In this document: piece by piece, positions 36,888 to 45,900 of the stretch
Layout: each line of letters opens with the position of its first letter
How positions within the stretch are numbered: position 1 is the first letter of the stretch
Virus record (IMG/VR): IMGVR_UViG_3300029509_000119
Coordinates: 1-63,908 of that record
DNA from: a virus
Lineage: Duplodnaviria > Heunggongvirae > Uroviricota > Caudoviricetes
Length of the DNA stretch: 63,908 bases
Reading direction: 5' to 3' (one strand)
Notes under the pieces: model-generated
The model's input: only the letters and a program-made list of their open reading frames with translations
Databases searched by the model: none
Told to the model about the DNA's origin: nothing
Made by a program: the position numbers and the translations under genes

Positions 36888-37655
36888 TCAGACCACTCGT
36901 CTAATCGAATATGCGCCACCCATGACCGCGACGCTCGCAATCTGGGTGCCCTGTGCGGGGTTCATGGCGTTCATGACCATGCCGTTGCCAATGTAGATGG
37001 CGGCATGATGCGAGTTGGCGAGGATGTCGCCCGGCTGGGCTTCCGCCAATGACGCGACTGGAGAGCCGACACCCGTTTGTCCGCTGGATGCGTGGGGAAT
37101 ATTGACGCCGAACTGGCTGTACACGTATTGGACGAAGCCGGAGCAATCCCATCCGGTCGGCTGGTTGCCTCCGTACACGTATGGGTAGCCCGTGAACTGC
37201 ATGGCATATTCAGCCACCGCCTGTCCGGTCTTGGACGCTGGGGGAGTGACGACGGTTCGGTCAGCGCTCCTGCTGGCTTCTTCCTGTCGGAGGGCTTGTT
37301 CCCGTGCCCGCTGTTCCGCCTGTTCTTGAGCCTGTTTGCGGGCTTCCTCTTCCTGCTGGGCTTTCAGTTCGGCGTCTTTTTCCGCTTGGGATTTCGTCTG
37401 CGGCACGCTTAGGGTTTCGATGCCACCCCAATCAATGTCCGATTGCACGTCGGTGCTCACGGATTCGCTGAGCAGGTCGCGGCGCGTGGTCGTGGTGGCG
37501 GGGAACGAACGCGTCGAGGACACGGTTCCGTTCGACGGGGCGGCGGCCAACGCGGTCGGGGGGAGTGTGGCGATGCCTCCCGCGCCCAGTAGGAGCGCGA
37601 GCGTAATGGATGTGATTTTCCTATGCATGAGTCGATTTTTTCCTAGATATTCCAT
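36888..37655 (-). CDS. NlpC/P60 cell wall peptidase
   Basis: Signal peptide, PYVYGG..WDCSGFV, HAAIYIG. Confidence 0.92.
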   Translation of the reverse strand: MEYLGKNRLMHRKITSITLALLLGAGGIATLPPTALAAAPSNGTVSSTRSFPATTTTRRDLLSESVSTDVQSDIDWGGIETLSVPQTKSQAEKDAELKAQQEEEARKQAQEQAEQRAREQALRQEEASRSADRTVVTPPASKTGQAVAEYAMQFTGYPYVYGGNQPTGWDCSGFVQYVYSQFGVNIPHASSGQTGVGSPVASLAEAQPGDILANSHHAAIYIGNGMVMNAMNPAQGTQIASVAVMGGAYSIRRVV

Positions 37656-37677
37656 TCGTTTTTTTCCTTGTCCTTTG

Positions 37678-39285
37678 TTGACGTCCTCCCCTCGGCTGAA
37701 GCCGGGGGATTCCTGTCGCATATGAGACATGCTTCCCATCAGAGAAGTCTTCCCACATGTGTGGCAGGGGTTGGCGTTTCACCGGAACCTTCCCGTGAAA
37801 CACAGGTTTCACGGGAAGCGTGTCCCTCCACGCCCTCGGCATCGTCCATGCCGGTTGTGTGTATCGCGCGGTCGAGGATGTTCTTGGCCGCGTTGATGTC
37901 CGCATTGTCTTTGAAACCGCAGTTGACGCATTGGAAGACCGCTTGGCTCTCACGGTTCTCCTTTGCGACATGTCCGCAACGGTTGCAGGTCTGGGACGTG
38001 TACGCCGGGTTGACCAGTATGAGTCGGTTTCCGGCGAGACGTGTCTTGTATTCGAGTTTGTTCTGGATGTCCGTCCAACGGTTGTTGAGGATGCTGCGGT
38101 TCAATCCCGCTTTGGCCGCCGAGCCGTTGCGCAGGTAGCGTCCCTTATGGTTGGGGTCCTGTTTCGGTTTCGGCTTGCGGGTCATTTGCCGGGTGTTCAA
38201 CGCTTCCAAGGCGATGAGGTCGTAGTCTTCGACCAGTCGGGTCGTGGTCTTCGCAACCCAATCGTCCTTGCGGTTGTTGACGCGGCAGCGTATCGAACTC
38301 ATGCGCTTCAACGTGAGTTTGCGTCGTTTCGACTGGAATTTCGCGGTTTTCCCACCACGTCGGCTGTTGGTCATGTCTTGTCGGGAGAGCTTGCGTTGCA
38401 GACGCAGATACTCTCGCCTCTCCTGTTCAGACGGTTGCGGCATGTCCAGCATGGTTCCATTCGACAAGGCCAATGTGTGGACGCAGCCACGGTCGATACC
38501 GGTCTGATTGCCGGTGGCATTCCGTCGGATGGGCGACGGTTCGTTGGTGAACGCCAGAGTGCGTTCCGTCCAATTCACCGCCACGCTCGTGTAATCCCTG
38601 ACGGGTTGGCTGACGCGCACGTGGATGGAGAGCGTCCAACGGCATCCCGTTTCGTCCGGCTTGCGGAATTCCTTTTTCACGGTTCCGGTGATTACGACCA
38701 CGCCGCGCTTGCGTGACACCTGATGGTAGACGGCGTTGCCGGTCTTGTTCTGGTTGCGCCAGCATACGAAATACTGGGGGTTGCGTTTGCGGGACTTGAA
38801 CCCCGGAACACGACCGCCATTGATTTTCTTGCGCTTCAACGCGGCATACCATTCCGAATTCTCCACGCGCATGGGACTGGCGAGAACGGCGGAGGGGATG
38901 CATGCGAGCCAAGAACACCGGATTCGAGCCTCGCTGTCCTTGAACGGCTCCCCGACGGTCGCTCCACCCAAGGGAACGTCCACCCACATGCGCTCATGGG
39001 ATTCCACGTCCTCCATGTAGCGGCGGATTGTCCGATGCTCCCGATGCTGGTTGAAACGGGTACGCCAACCATCGCACAGCCAGTCCATGATGCGTTCGGG
39101 ATTGCGCGTCCAACAGTGGTTGCGGCATGAATCGTCGCCAAGATATACGGACGCGCCCGCATGCCTGACTTTGATGATTCGTACCTTCTGACTCATACTA
39201 TAAACCTTACCACGGAAACAGTGACTAATCAAAGAAGTAGCGGCTTACCCCAGCCTTAAAAGACGGGGCTTGCGCCGCCAAACCG
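37678..39285 (-). mobile_element. Non-autonomous IS605-family (IS1341-type) tnpB-only element
   Basis: Ends closely resemble those of the 10666-12519 element; TCAA right end; GTGAC before the left end. Confidence 0.88.
37739..39196 (-). CDS. tnpB: RNA-guided endonuclease TnpB (divergent N-terminus)
   Basis: GIDRG, IALEAL, TSQTCNRCG..CVNCG..NADINAAKNI. Confidence 0.92.
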   Translation of the reverse strand: MSQKVRIIKVRHAGASVYLGDDSCRNHCWTRNPERIMDWLCDGWRTRFNQHREHRTIRRYMEDVESHERMWVDVPLGGATVGEPFKDSEARIRCSWLACIPSAVLASPMRVENSEWYAALKRKKINGGRVPGFKSRKRNPQYFVCWRNQNKTGNAVYHQVSRKRGVVVITGTVKKEFRKPDETGCRWTLSIHVRVSQPVRDYTSVAVNWTERTLAFTNEPSPIRRNATGNQTGIDRGCVHTLALSNGTMLDMPQPSEQERREYLRLQRKLSRQDMTNSRRGGKTAKFQSKRRKLTLKRMSSIRCRVNNRKDDWVAKTTTRLVEDYDLIALEALNTRQMTRKPKPKQDPNHKGRYLRNGSAAKAGLNRSILNNRWTDIQNKLEYKTRLAGNRLILVNPAYTSQTCNRCGHVAKENRESQAVFQCVNCGFKDNADINAAKNILDRAIHTTGMDDAEGVEGHASRETCVSREGSGETPTPATHVGRLL

Positions 39286-39423
39286 GTCACATGCAGTTCG
39301 AGGATGCGGTTCTCGTCGTCGGTGAATCTCAAACCCACATCCCCTCGTGCCAGCCGGTCGAGACGCCCGACGCGGCGTTGTTCTGATGCTTCGTAGGCGT
39401 TACGCCCGTAAGCCCGAATGCGT

Positions 39424-39735
39424 TCAATGCTTCTCCTTGTATTCCGCCACACACAGCGGCTCGGCGTCGGTAATCCCCTGCGCTTTCGCCTGTTCCAGCA
39501 GCCATGCCGCGTCGGATGGACGGCACGTCCCCGTGACGCCCGAACGTTCGTCCTTAACGTGGCCGCGTGTTCCGTTCCGCCGGTCGGCCACCGTGTACGC
39601 GAGCAAGCCGTCCGGCAAGGCGAGACGTTCGCGTACGCACACCACGTAACGTCCGTCACATTCGCGTATCGTCCACCAATACCGGTTCTCATACGCGGGG
39701 GAGGAGAACCTGACTCTTACTCCGCGAGTCTCCAC
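39424..39735 (-). CDS. Hypothetical protein
   Basis: AAGGAG then GTG. Confidence 0.55.
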   Translation of the reverse strand: METRGVRVRFSSPAYENRYWWTIRECDGRYVVCVRERLALPDGLLAYTVADRRNGTRGHVKDERSGVTGTCRPSDAAWLLEQAKAQGITDAEPLCVAEYKEKH

Positions 39736-40256
39736 GTCCGGCTCCTTTCCACGACGAGATGCCGCTGGGTCAGTTCGGAAAGCCGGTATGCGAACCGGTG
39801 GACCGCGTCCAACGAATCGCATAGGGCGAACTTCTCCGATTCGCTTACGGCGTCGTTCAGGTCGTCGGCGAGGTCGGAGTATATCTGTCCGATGGTGTCG
39901 GGACGGTTTTCCACGTACACGATTCCGTCCTTTTCGACGTCCACTTCGACGCAGTCCATCTCCATGTCCACTACTAGCCTGTAGACGGACGCGTCGTCGG
40001 GCAGATAGGCCAGCGGGCGCACGTCCGAGATGACGGTTTTTTCCGTGACGGCGGTCGTGCAGATGACCGGCATGTCGCAGGCGGGTGCGAACGGTTCGCG
40101 CGGGTCGTCTAGAATCCCCGCGTAATCGACCATGCAGCGGGCGGCGTGATGCCAGTCGCATGGTGTGAAAACGTCGATGAACACGCCCGTCCTGACGGCG
40201 GGTGGAATGTTCAGGAACACCTCTTTGGCGACCGTCTCAAGTTTCCTGTCTCCCAT
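39717..40256 (-). CDS. Hypothetical protein
   Basis: AAGGA RBS; operon context. Confidence 0.65.
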   Translation of the reverse strand: MGDRKLETVAKEVFLNIPPAVRTGVFIDVFTPCDWHHAARCMVDYAGILDDPREPFAPACDMPVICTTAVTEKTVISDVRPLAYLPDDASVYRLVVDMEMDCVEVDVEKDGIVYVENRPDTIGQIYSDLADDLNDAVSESEKFALCDSLDAVHRFAYRLSELTQRHLVVERSRTWRLAE

Positions 40257-40270
40257 CGGGGAAGTCCTTT

Positions 40271-41041
40271 CTAATAGTGGATGAATTGCAGTTGTTTCGA
40301 CTGTTCGGCGGTGAACGTGCGGCTGAACGGCTTGCCGTTGTAGGCGGCACCGCATTCGGACGTGGTGATGGAACCGTCCTGTCCCACGTTTTCGACGATT
40401 CCCACATGCCCGTAGGTCAGGTCGGAATCGTATTGTCCACGACCGAAACAAATCACGTCGCCTACACGGGGAGAATTGTCAACCCAATAACCAAGCTTCC
40501 TCGCCGTGCTCGCCCAATCCGCGCCATTGCCCATGTGTGAACCTGCGGGCAGTCCCAACTGGTGTCGGCGCACATACGCCCACCAAGTGCATTGGCTGAA
40601 CGCGTAGGCGTTGCCCGTGTCGCCGGTTGCATGGTTCGGATTGAAACCTTCAGGCGTCTGTCCTTCGTCACGTCCGTTGATGAGGCTTTTGACCACGGGA
40701 TTGTCGGCGCTGACGACCGTCATCTTGTCGGTCATCTTGTCTGAATCCGGCATACTCCAACTGCCATCGTTGCTGGTGGACTGGTAGCCCTCCAACGCTT
40801 CACGTGTCGTGCCACGTGAAGCGGCACCAGTCCCAGTCAACGCGTTGCGGGTGATGGCGGTGCTCGTGTCGAATGGCTTGGCGTCCGCGTAGGCGTTCGC
40901 AGTCGGTTTCAGCAAAAGCATGGAAGTGCCCGCCGTGGCGAACATTCCCGCCAGCAGGAAGATGGCGATACGCCGTTGGAACAGCCTATGCCGACGTTGC
41001 ATGACCCTTGTTGGAGATTTCTTATGTGCGGGTGTGCCCAA
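40271..41041 (-). CDS. CHAP-domain peptidoglycan hydrolase
   Basis: YAFSQCTWWA, MGNGADW, YGHVGIVE. Confidence 0.92.
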   Translation of the reverse strand: MGTPAHKKSPTRVMQRRHRLFQRRIAIFLLAGMFATAGTSMLLLKPTANAYADAKPFDTSTAITRNALTGTGAASRGTTREALEGYQSTSNDGSWSMPDSDKMTDKMTVVSADNPVVKSLINGRDEGQTPEGFNPNHATGDTGNAYAFSQCTWWAYVRRHQLGLPAGSHMGNGADWASTARKLGYWVDNSPRVGDVICFGRGQYDSDLTYGHVGIVENVGQDGSITTSECGAAYNGKPFSRTFTAEQSKQLQFIHY

Positions 41042-41042
41042 T

Positions 41043-41369
41043 TTAACACTCCGCTTCTTCCTGAGCGGAGAAGAATTGAGGATTGCCGATGCACTTGTCG
41101 AACCGATAGGTGTCCGTACTGCCCATCATGCGACGAAGCAGCGGGGCGTGCTTGGTCACAATCTTGTTCTTGAACAATCCGCCGACCGCATCCCATGCCA
41201 CATTGATTGTCCTGCCTGACTCGTTCTCCAACGTGGCCTTCCGAACCTGCTCCTCATGTCCGGACGCGGTCTGTTCTCCGGATGGAAGATAGTAGAAGCT
41301 TATATGCTGTCCTTTGTATATCTCAACCGGATATATCGTGTTTGCCATGAATACTTTTATCGACGCCAC
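41043..41369 (-). CDS. Hypothetical protein
   Basis: AAGGA then GTG; adjacent to the CHAP gene. Confidence 0.7.
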   Translation of the reverse strand: MASIKVFMANTIYPVEIYKGQHISFYYLPSGEQTASGHEEQVRKATLENESGRTINVAWDAVGGLFKNKIVTKHAPLLRRMMGSTDTYRFDKCIGNPQFFSAQEEAEC

Positions 41370-41653
41370 TTGTTTTTCCTTTGATTTCGGGAGTCACTGT
41401 TCCAATTCCATGGTACCGGCCTGTCTAGGTGGCTGAACAGGAAAACGCGCCATTCATAAGCGTTTTTCGGCTGGGGGACAGAATTCGGTTGGCAGATTTG
41501 GCTACGCATGTGACACCTTCACGACTGGCTGTTTTTGGTTAGAGATTAACACCGTATGCCTTTAAGGAAAATCTGACATAATCTACATTATCGGCTAAAA
41601 GGGAATGCCCGCGAACATACCCATTGGCGTCGCGTTCGCGGGCATTCCTCTTT

Positions 41654-42211
41654 CTAGAACTCAGGCTCGACTGACTGGGTGGGCTGCGGCGGAGCGCCCC
41701 AAGGGTCGTTGGATGCCAACGTTTGAGAATTGTCGGCACCGTAATTGTTCGGGTTCTGAAACACCGGCGGATTAGGCTGACCTTGGAACGTTTGCCCGCT
41801 GTTCTGCTGCGGGTTGGCATGGTATCCGCCATCGTATCCGCCGTTGCGTTTCGGGTTCGGCATGACCTGCGCGGTCGCACGACGAAGCCCCGCGCCGATG
41901 TTGGTGACGGTGAACTCGACCATGGAGCGTTTCTGCCCTGTCTGCTGGTCCGTCCAACTGGACTGTCTCACGTCGGCCAACGCCACCACGTCCATGCCTT
42001 TGCGGAGCGTGCTCATGATGTTGTTGCCGAGCGTTGCATCCCATACCTTGCATCGTGCGAACAGCGTGGGACCGTCCTTCCATTCGCCGGTCTGTTTGTC
42101 TTGATAGCGGGTGCCTTCCGCGATGGTAAACTCGACCAGATTGGGGTTGCGTTGGTTGCGTTGTGGTTCGTCGGTGAGACGGCCTTCAAGGGTGGTCGTT
42201 GGGATTGGCAT
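41654..42211 (-). CDS. ssb: Single-stranded DNA-binding protein
   Basis: GRLTDEP, W.DG..LF.RC..W, acidic EPEF tail; motif promoter at 42232-42250. Confidence 0.95.
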   Translation of the reverse strand: MPIPTTTLEGRLTDEPQRNQRNPNLVEFTIAEGTRYQDKQTGEWKDGPTLFARCKVWDATLGNNIMSTLRKGMDVVALADVRQSSWTDQQTGQKRSMVEFTVTNIGAGLRRATAQVMPNPKRNGGYDGGYHANPQQNSGQTFQGQPNPPVFQNPNNYGADNSQTLASNDPWGAPPQPTQSVEPEF

Positions 42212-42334
42212 GTGTTGGCCTTTCATTGGTTTGTGAACTATCCCAGTATAGCAGATACCACTCCAAGCAAAGCTCTTGGAATGGTATGACTTCCGTGTTA
42301 CCATCGTAATATCGAGTTTGTCGGAGGTGAGGTT

Positions 42335-42601
42335 TTGGAAATCTACGTACTGCCGCGCGTGCATGAGAGACATCCCGAACTATCCACGGAGGATGTGATT
42401 GCCGCGTTCAGAAGTGTCATGGTGGATGCGCGACGGGACAACGGAACATGGGTCTGCATCGGCCTAGACGGTCGTGGAAGGGATGTGGAGATGGTCTACA
42501 AGCAGCTGGGAGACAGCGTGCTCATCTACCACGCCATGACACCGCCCACAAAGAAGACGCAAAACGAGATAAGCCGCCTACGCGGAGAAAGGAGCCGATG
42601 A
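42335..42601 (+). CDS. Putative type II TA toxin (RelE/BrnT-like)
   Basis: HPELS.EDV..A, IGLD..GR..EMV, IYHAM; ATGA-coupled to an RHH gene. Confidence 0.65.
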   Translation: MEIYVLPRVHERHPELSTEDVIAAFRSVMVDARRDNGTWVCIGLDGRGRDVEMVYKQLGDSVLIYHAMTPPTKKTQNEISRLRGERSR

Positions 42602-42885
42602 TGAGCGACTTCACCGAACAGGACAGGGAACTGCTAACCAAATTCGGCATGACCGAGGAGCAGGTCAGGGATGATGTGAAGCTCATGGAATCCGAGACCA
42701 TCGACCACGGCATAACCGGACCGGTCTACTACGGGCTGCACATGCTCCCGCAGTCCGAGGAGGAGATGGTCAGCATGACCATCAAACTCCCCAAGAGCCA
42801 GTTGGAGAAAGTCACTGCGACCGCGAAGAGATACCACATCAGCCGCAGCGAGTACGTGCGCAGACAGCTCGCCGGAGCGCTCTGA
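42598..42885 (+). CDS. Putative antitoxin with C-terminal ribbon-helix-helix
   Basis: SMTIKLP..L..V...A....ISRSEYVR. Confidence 0.75.
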   Translation: MMSDFTEQDRELLTKFGMTEEQVRDDVKLMESETIDHGITGPVYYGLHMLPQSEEEMVSMTIKLPKSQLEKVTATAKRYHISRSEYVRRQLAGAL

Positions 42886-42934
42886 CACGAGAAAACAGGA
42901 ACGCCCTGCATGCCCCTCCTTTTCTGTTCTAACA

Positions 42935-42976
42935 ATAGAGAAGCGTCCCGTCGAAAAAGACGGGGCGCTTCTCTAT
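42935..42976. terminator. Hairpin between convergent genes
   Basis: agagaagcgtcccgtc/gacggggcgcttctct. Confidence 0.75.
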
Positions 42977-42988
42977 GTCAGGGCTGGG

Positions 42989-45900
42989 TCAGAACTTCTT
43001 GCCGCGTCTCCGTGCTGCCATCAGTCCGACGCCCATGGCGATGGTCGTGATAGCCGTGGCCAGTGCGCCGAGGACTGTAGCTCCGGTGGTTGCGAGCGGG
43101 TTCCGTTTGGTCTCCCCGTTCCCGGTGTCAGCGTCGCCCGTGTTTTGGCTTGTTGAACCATTCGCGTCGGAGCCGGTGCTTCCGTTCGGCTGATTGCCGT
43201 TGGAGCCGGTGCCGTTATCGGAATCGGAACCAGAACCGTTGCCGGGGGTCGTGGCGGACGTGTCCTTCTCCCATGCTGCGGTCAATGTCACATCCTTGGA
43301 TATCACGGTGTTGAAATCGTAATCCCTGCCGTTCAACCGCCATCCGATGAACCTGTATCCATCCAAAGTCGGGTCGGCGGGTTTCTTGGCCTTACCGCCC
43401 TGTTTGACGGTCTGCGGGTCGATTTTGGAACCGTTGCCGGTGTCGAAGCGCACGGTGTACGCGTTCGGACGGGGAGCCGGTTTGCGATGGTAGATTGCGG
43501 TCAGGGTCAGGTCTTTGGTGACTGGCCGGTCGAAATCGTATTGGTCGTTGCCGAGGTACCAGCCGTCGAAGACGTAGCCGTCCTTCACCGGGTCAGCAGG
43601 ACGGCTGACGGGCTGACCGTCCGTCACGGTCTGCGGTTCGACGACGGTGCCGCCGTTCGGGTTGAACGTGACGGTGTGCGTGGCTGGTTTCGGTTCCTCG
43701 CACCTCTTCCATTTGGCGCTCACCAGCGTGTCTGCGGTAATCGGCAGCGTGAAATCGAAGGCGGAACCGTCGATGCCGACCCATCCTCGGAAGTCGTAGC
43801 CTTCCCTCACTGGGGTTTGCGGCTGCGGGACGGTGTCGCCGTCGTTCACGGTGCGCACGTCCGTGGGGTCGCCGTTCTGATAGTCGAACGTGACGGTGTG
43901 TGTCTTCGGACGGGATTGTTCATCCTTCAGCCAGTGGGCGGTCAGGACGAGGTTGCCGGTGACGGGCGTGTTCCAATCGTAGGCGGCATCCCCCGCGTAC
44001 CAGCCGAGGAACGTGTATCCTTCACGGGTCGGGTCGGCGGGTTTGACGGCGGTCTTGCCTCGTTCGACGGTTTGGGACGGCACGTCGCCGCCGTCGGCTG
44101 AATCGAACGCCACCGTGTAGGATGCGATTTTCGTCTTCTCCCATTTGGCCGTCAGCGTCAAATCCTTGGTGACGGGCGTGGCGAAATCATATGGTTTCCC
44201 GTCCGACATCCAGCCTTTGAACTCGTAGCCGGTCTTGGTGGGTGCGGTGGGTTCGGTCGCCGTGTCCCCGTCCTTCACGGTTTGGGAGGGCACGACGGTT
44301 CCCTCATCGCTGTCGAACATGACGGTGTGTGTTTTCGGTTTGACCTGCGTCCACATTGCCGTCAGCACGAGGTCGGTCTTCACTGGCTGGGTGAAATCGT
44401 AGCCGACGCCGTTCAGCGTCCATCCGTCGAACTCGTAGCCTTCGCGGGTCGGGTCGGCGGGCTTGGAGACCCTGCCGCCGTCCTCGATGGTCTGCGGGCT
44501 GATGACGGTGCCGTCCGCCGTGTCGAATGTGACGGTGTACTTCTTGGCTTCGTTTCGTTTCCATTGGGCGGTCAGCGTCATGTTGGAGCCGACGGCGTTC
44601 AGGAAGTTCCAGTCGGAGTCCTGATACTGCCATCCGGTGAACGTGTATCCTTCGCGGGTCGGATTGTCCGGACGGTCGATGGTGGAGCCTTCCTTGACTT
44701 TCTGGTCTGGGATGTTGCCGTCTCCCCCGTTCAAATCGAATTTCACGGTGTATGTGCTCTTGTTTTTCGTCCAAGAGGCCGTCAGCGTCAAATCCTGCAT
44801 AACCGGCTGGGTGAAGTCGTAGGGCGCGTCTCCGAGCAGCCAGCCGTTGAAAGCGTATCCTTCACGGGTCGGATTGTCGGGCTTGGCAACCGGGTCGCCT
44901 TCCTTGACGGTCTGGCCGTCAACCCTGCTTCCCTCTCCACTGTCGAATGTGACCGTATGCTTCTTGGCTGCCGGAGCGTTCTTCGTCCACAACGCCTTCA
45001 ATGTGATGTTGGAGGTCACGGGCGTGGTGAAATCATACGGGTCGCCGTCAAGCGTCCAACCTTGGAACGTGTGACCTTCCAAGGTTGGATTGTCCGGTTG
45101 CGATGCGGCATCCTCGTAGGCCACCTGCTGGGATTGCACGCCGCTTCCGCCATTGGAGTCGAAGCTGACCGTGTACATGTTCTTCACCCAACGGGCGTCC
45201 ACGGTCAAGTCGGCTGTGACGGGAGAAGTGAAATCATATAGGGAGTCTCCGGCATACCATCCCGTGAACGTATAACCCTTTTTGGAAGGAATCGTCGGAA
45301 CGGTGGCTGGGGAACCATCCACCACGGTCTGAGTGAAAGCGTCACCGGCACCAGTGAACGTCACTGTGTGAGTTAGCGTCTGTGCCGTTTTCCATGATGC
45401 GGTCAACGTCATATCGTCAGACACGGGAGTGTCAAAAGAGTATGCCTTGCCGTCCAACATCCATCCGGCGAAAACATATCCGTCCAAAGTCGGGTCAACA
45501 GGTTTGACGACCTTGCCGCCGTACGTGATTGTTTGCATGGGATACCAGTCTTCACTGGCTCCGGCATCGAAATACACCTCATATGTGTTTGCCTTCCACT
45601 TCGCGGTGATAACCATGTCGGAGTGGACAGGCTGTGTGAAATCGTATGGGACACCATCCACGTACCATCCTTGGAACCGGTGGCCGGTTTTCGAAGGATA
45701 ATCGTCAGGGGTTGTGACCAGTCCACCGTTCTCCACGGTCTGCGATGGAACGGTCGTCCCGCCGTCAGTGTCGAAGCTTACCGTATACCCGCTTTTTGCG
45801 TGGAAATTGTAGGATACGGAAACCTTCCCGTCGTCGCTGGTCAGAACGTAGGACATGCCATCCTTTTTGGCAAGTTTCCATCCCGTTGGAACATGGCCTA

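Noticed and set aside
10683..39196. Nuclease-dead TnpB (TldR-like) or IStron interpretation of the two tnpB elements
   Set aside because: Both TnpBs keep the D/E/D residues and transposon ends, and the left ends leave no room for a group I intron.
39225..39430. In-frame fusion of the upstream ORF to the NlpC/P60 gene after removing the tnpB element
   Set aside because: The frames do join (HVT-KGQG), but the upstream frame lacks a convincing start and the NlpC gene has its own signal peptide.
41380..41650. Possible oriT near ssb
   Set aside because: No recognisable nic site or relaxase in the window.
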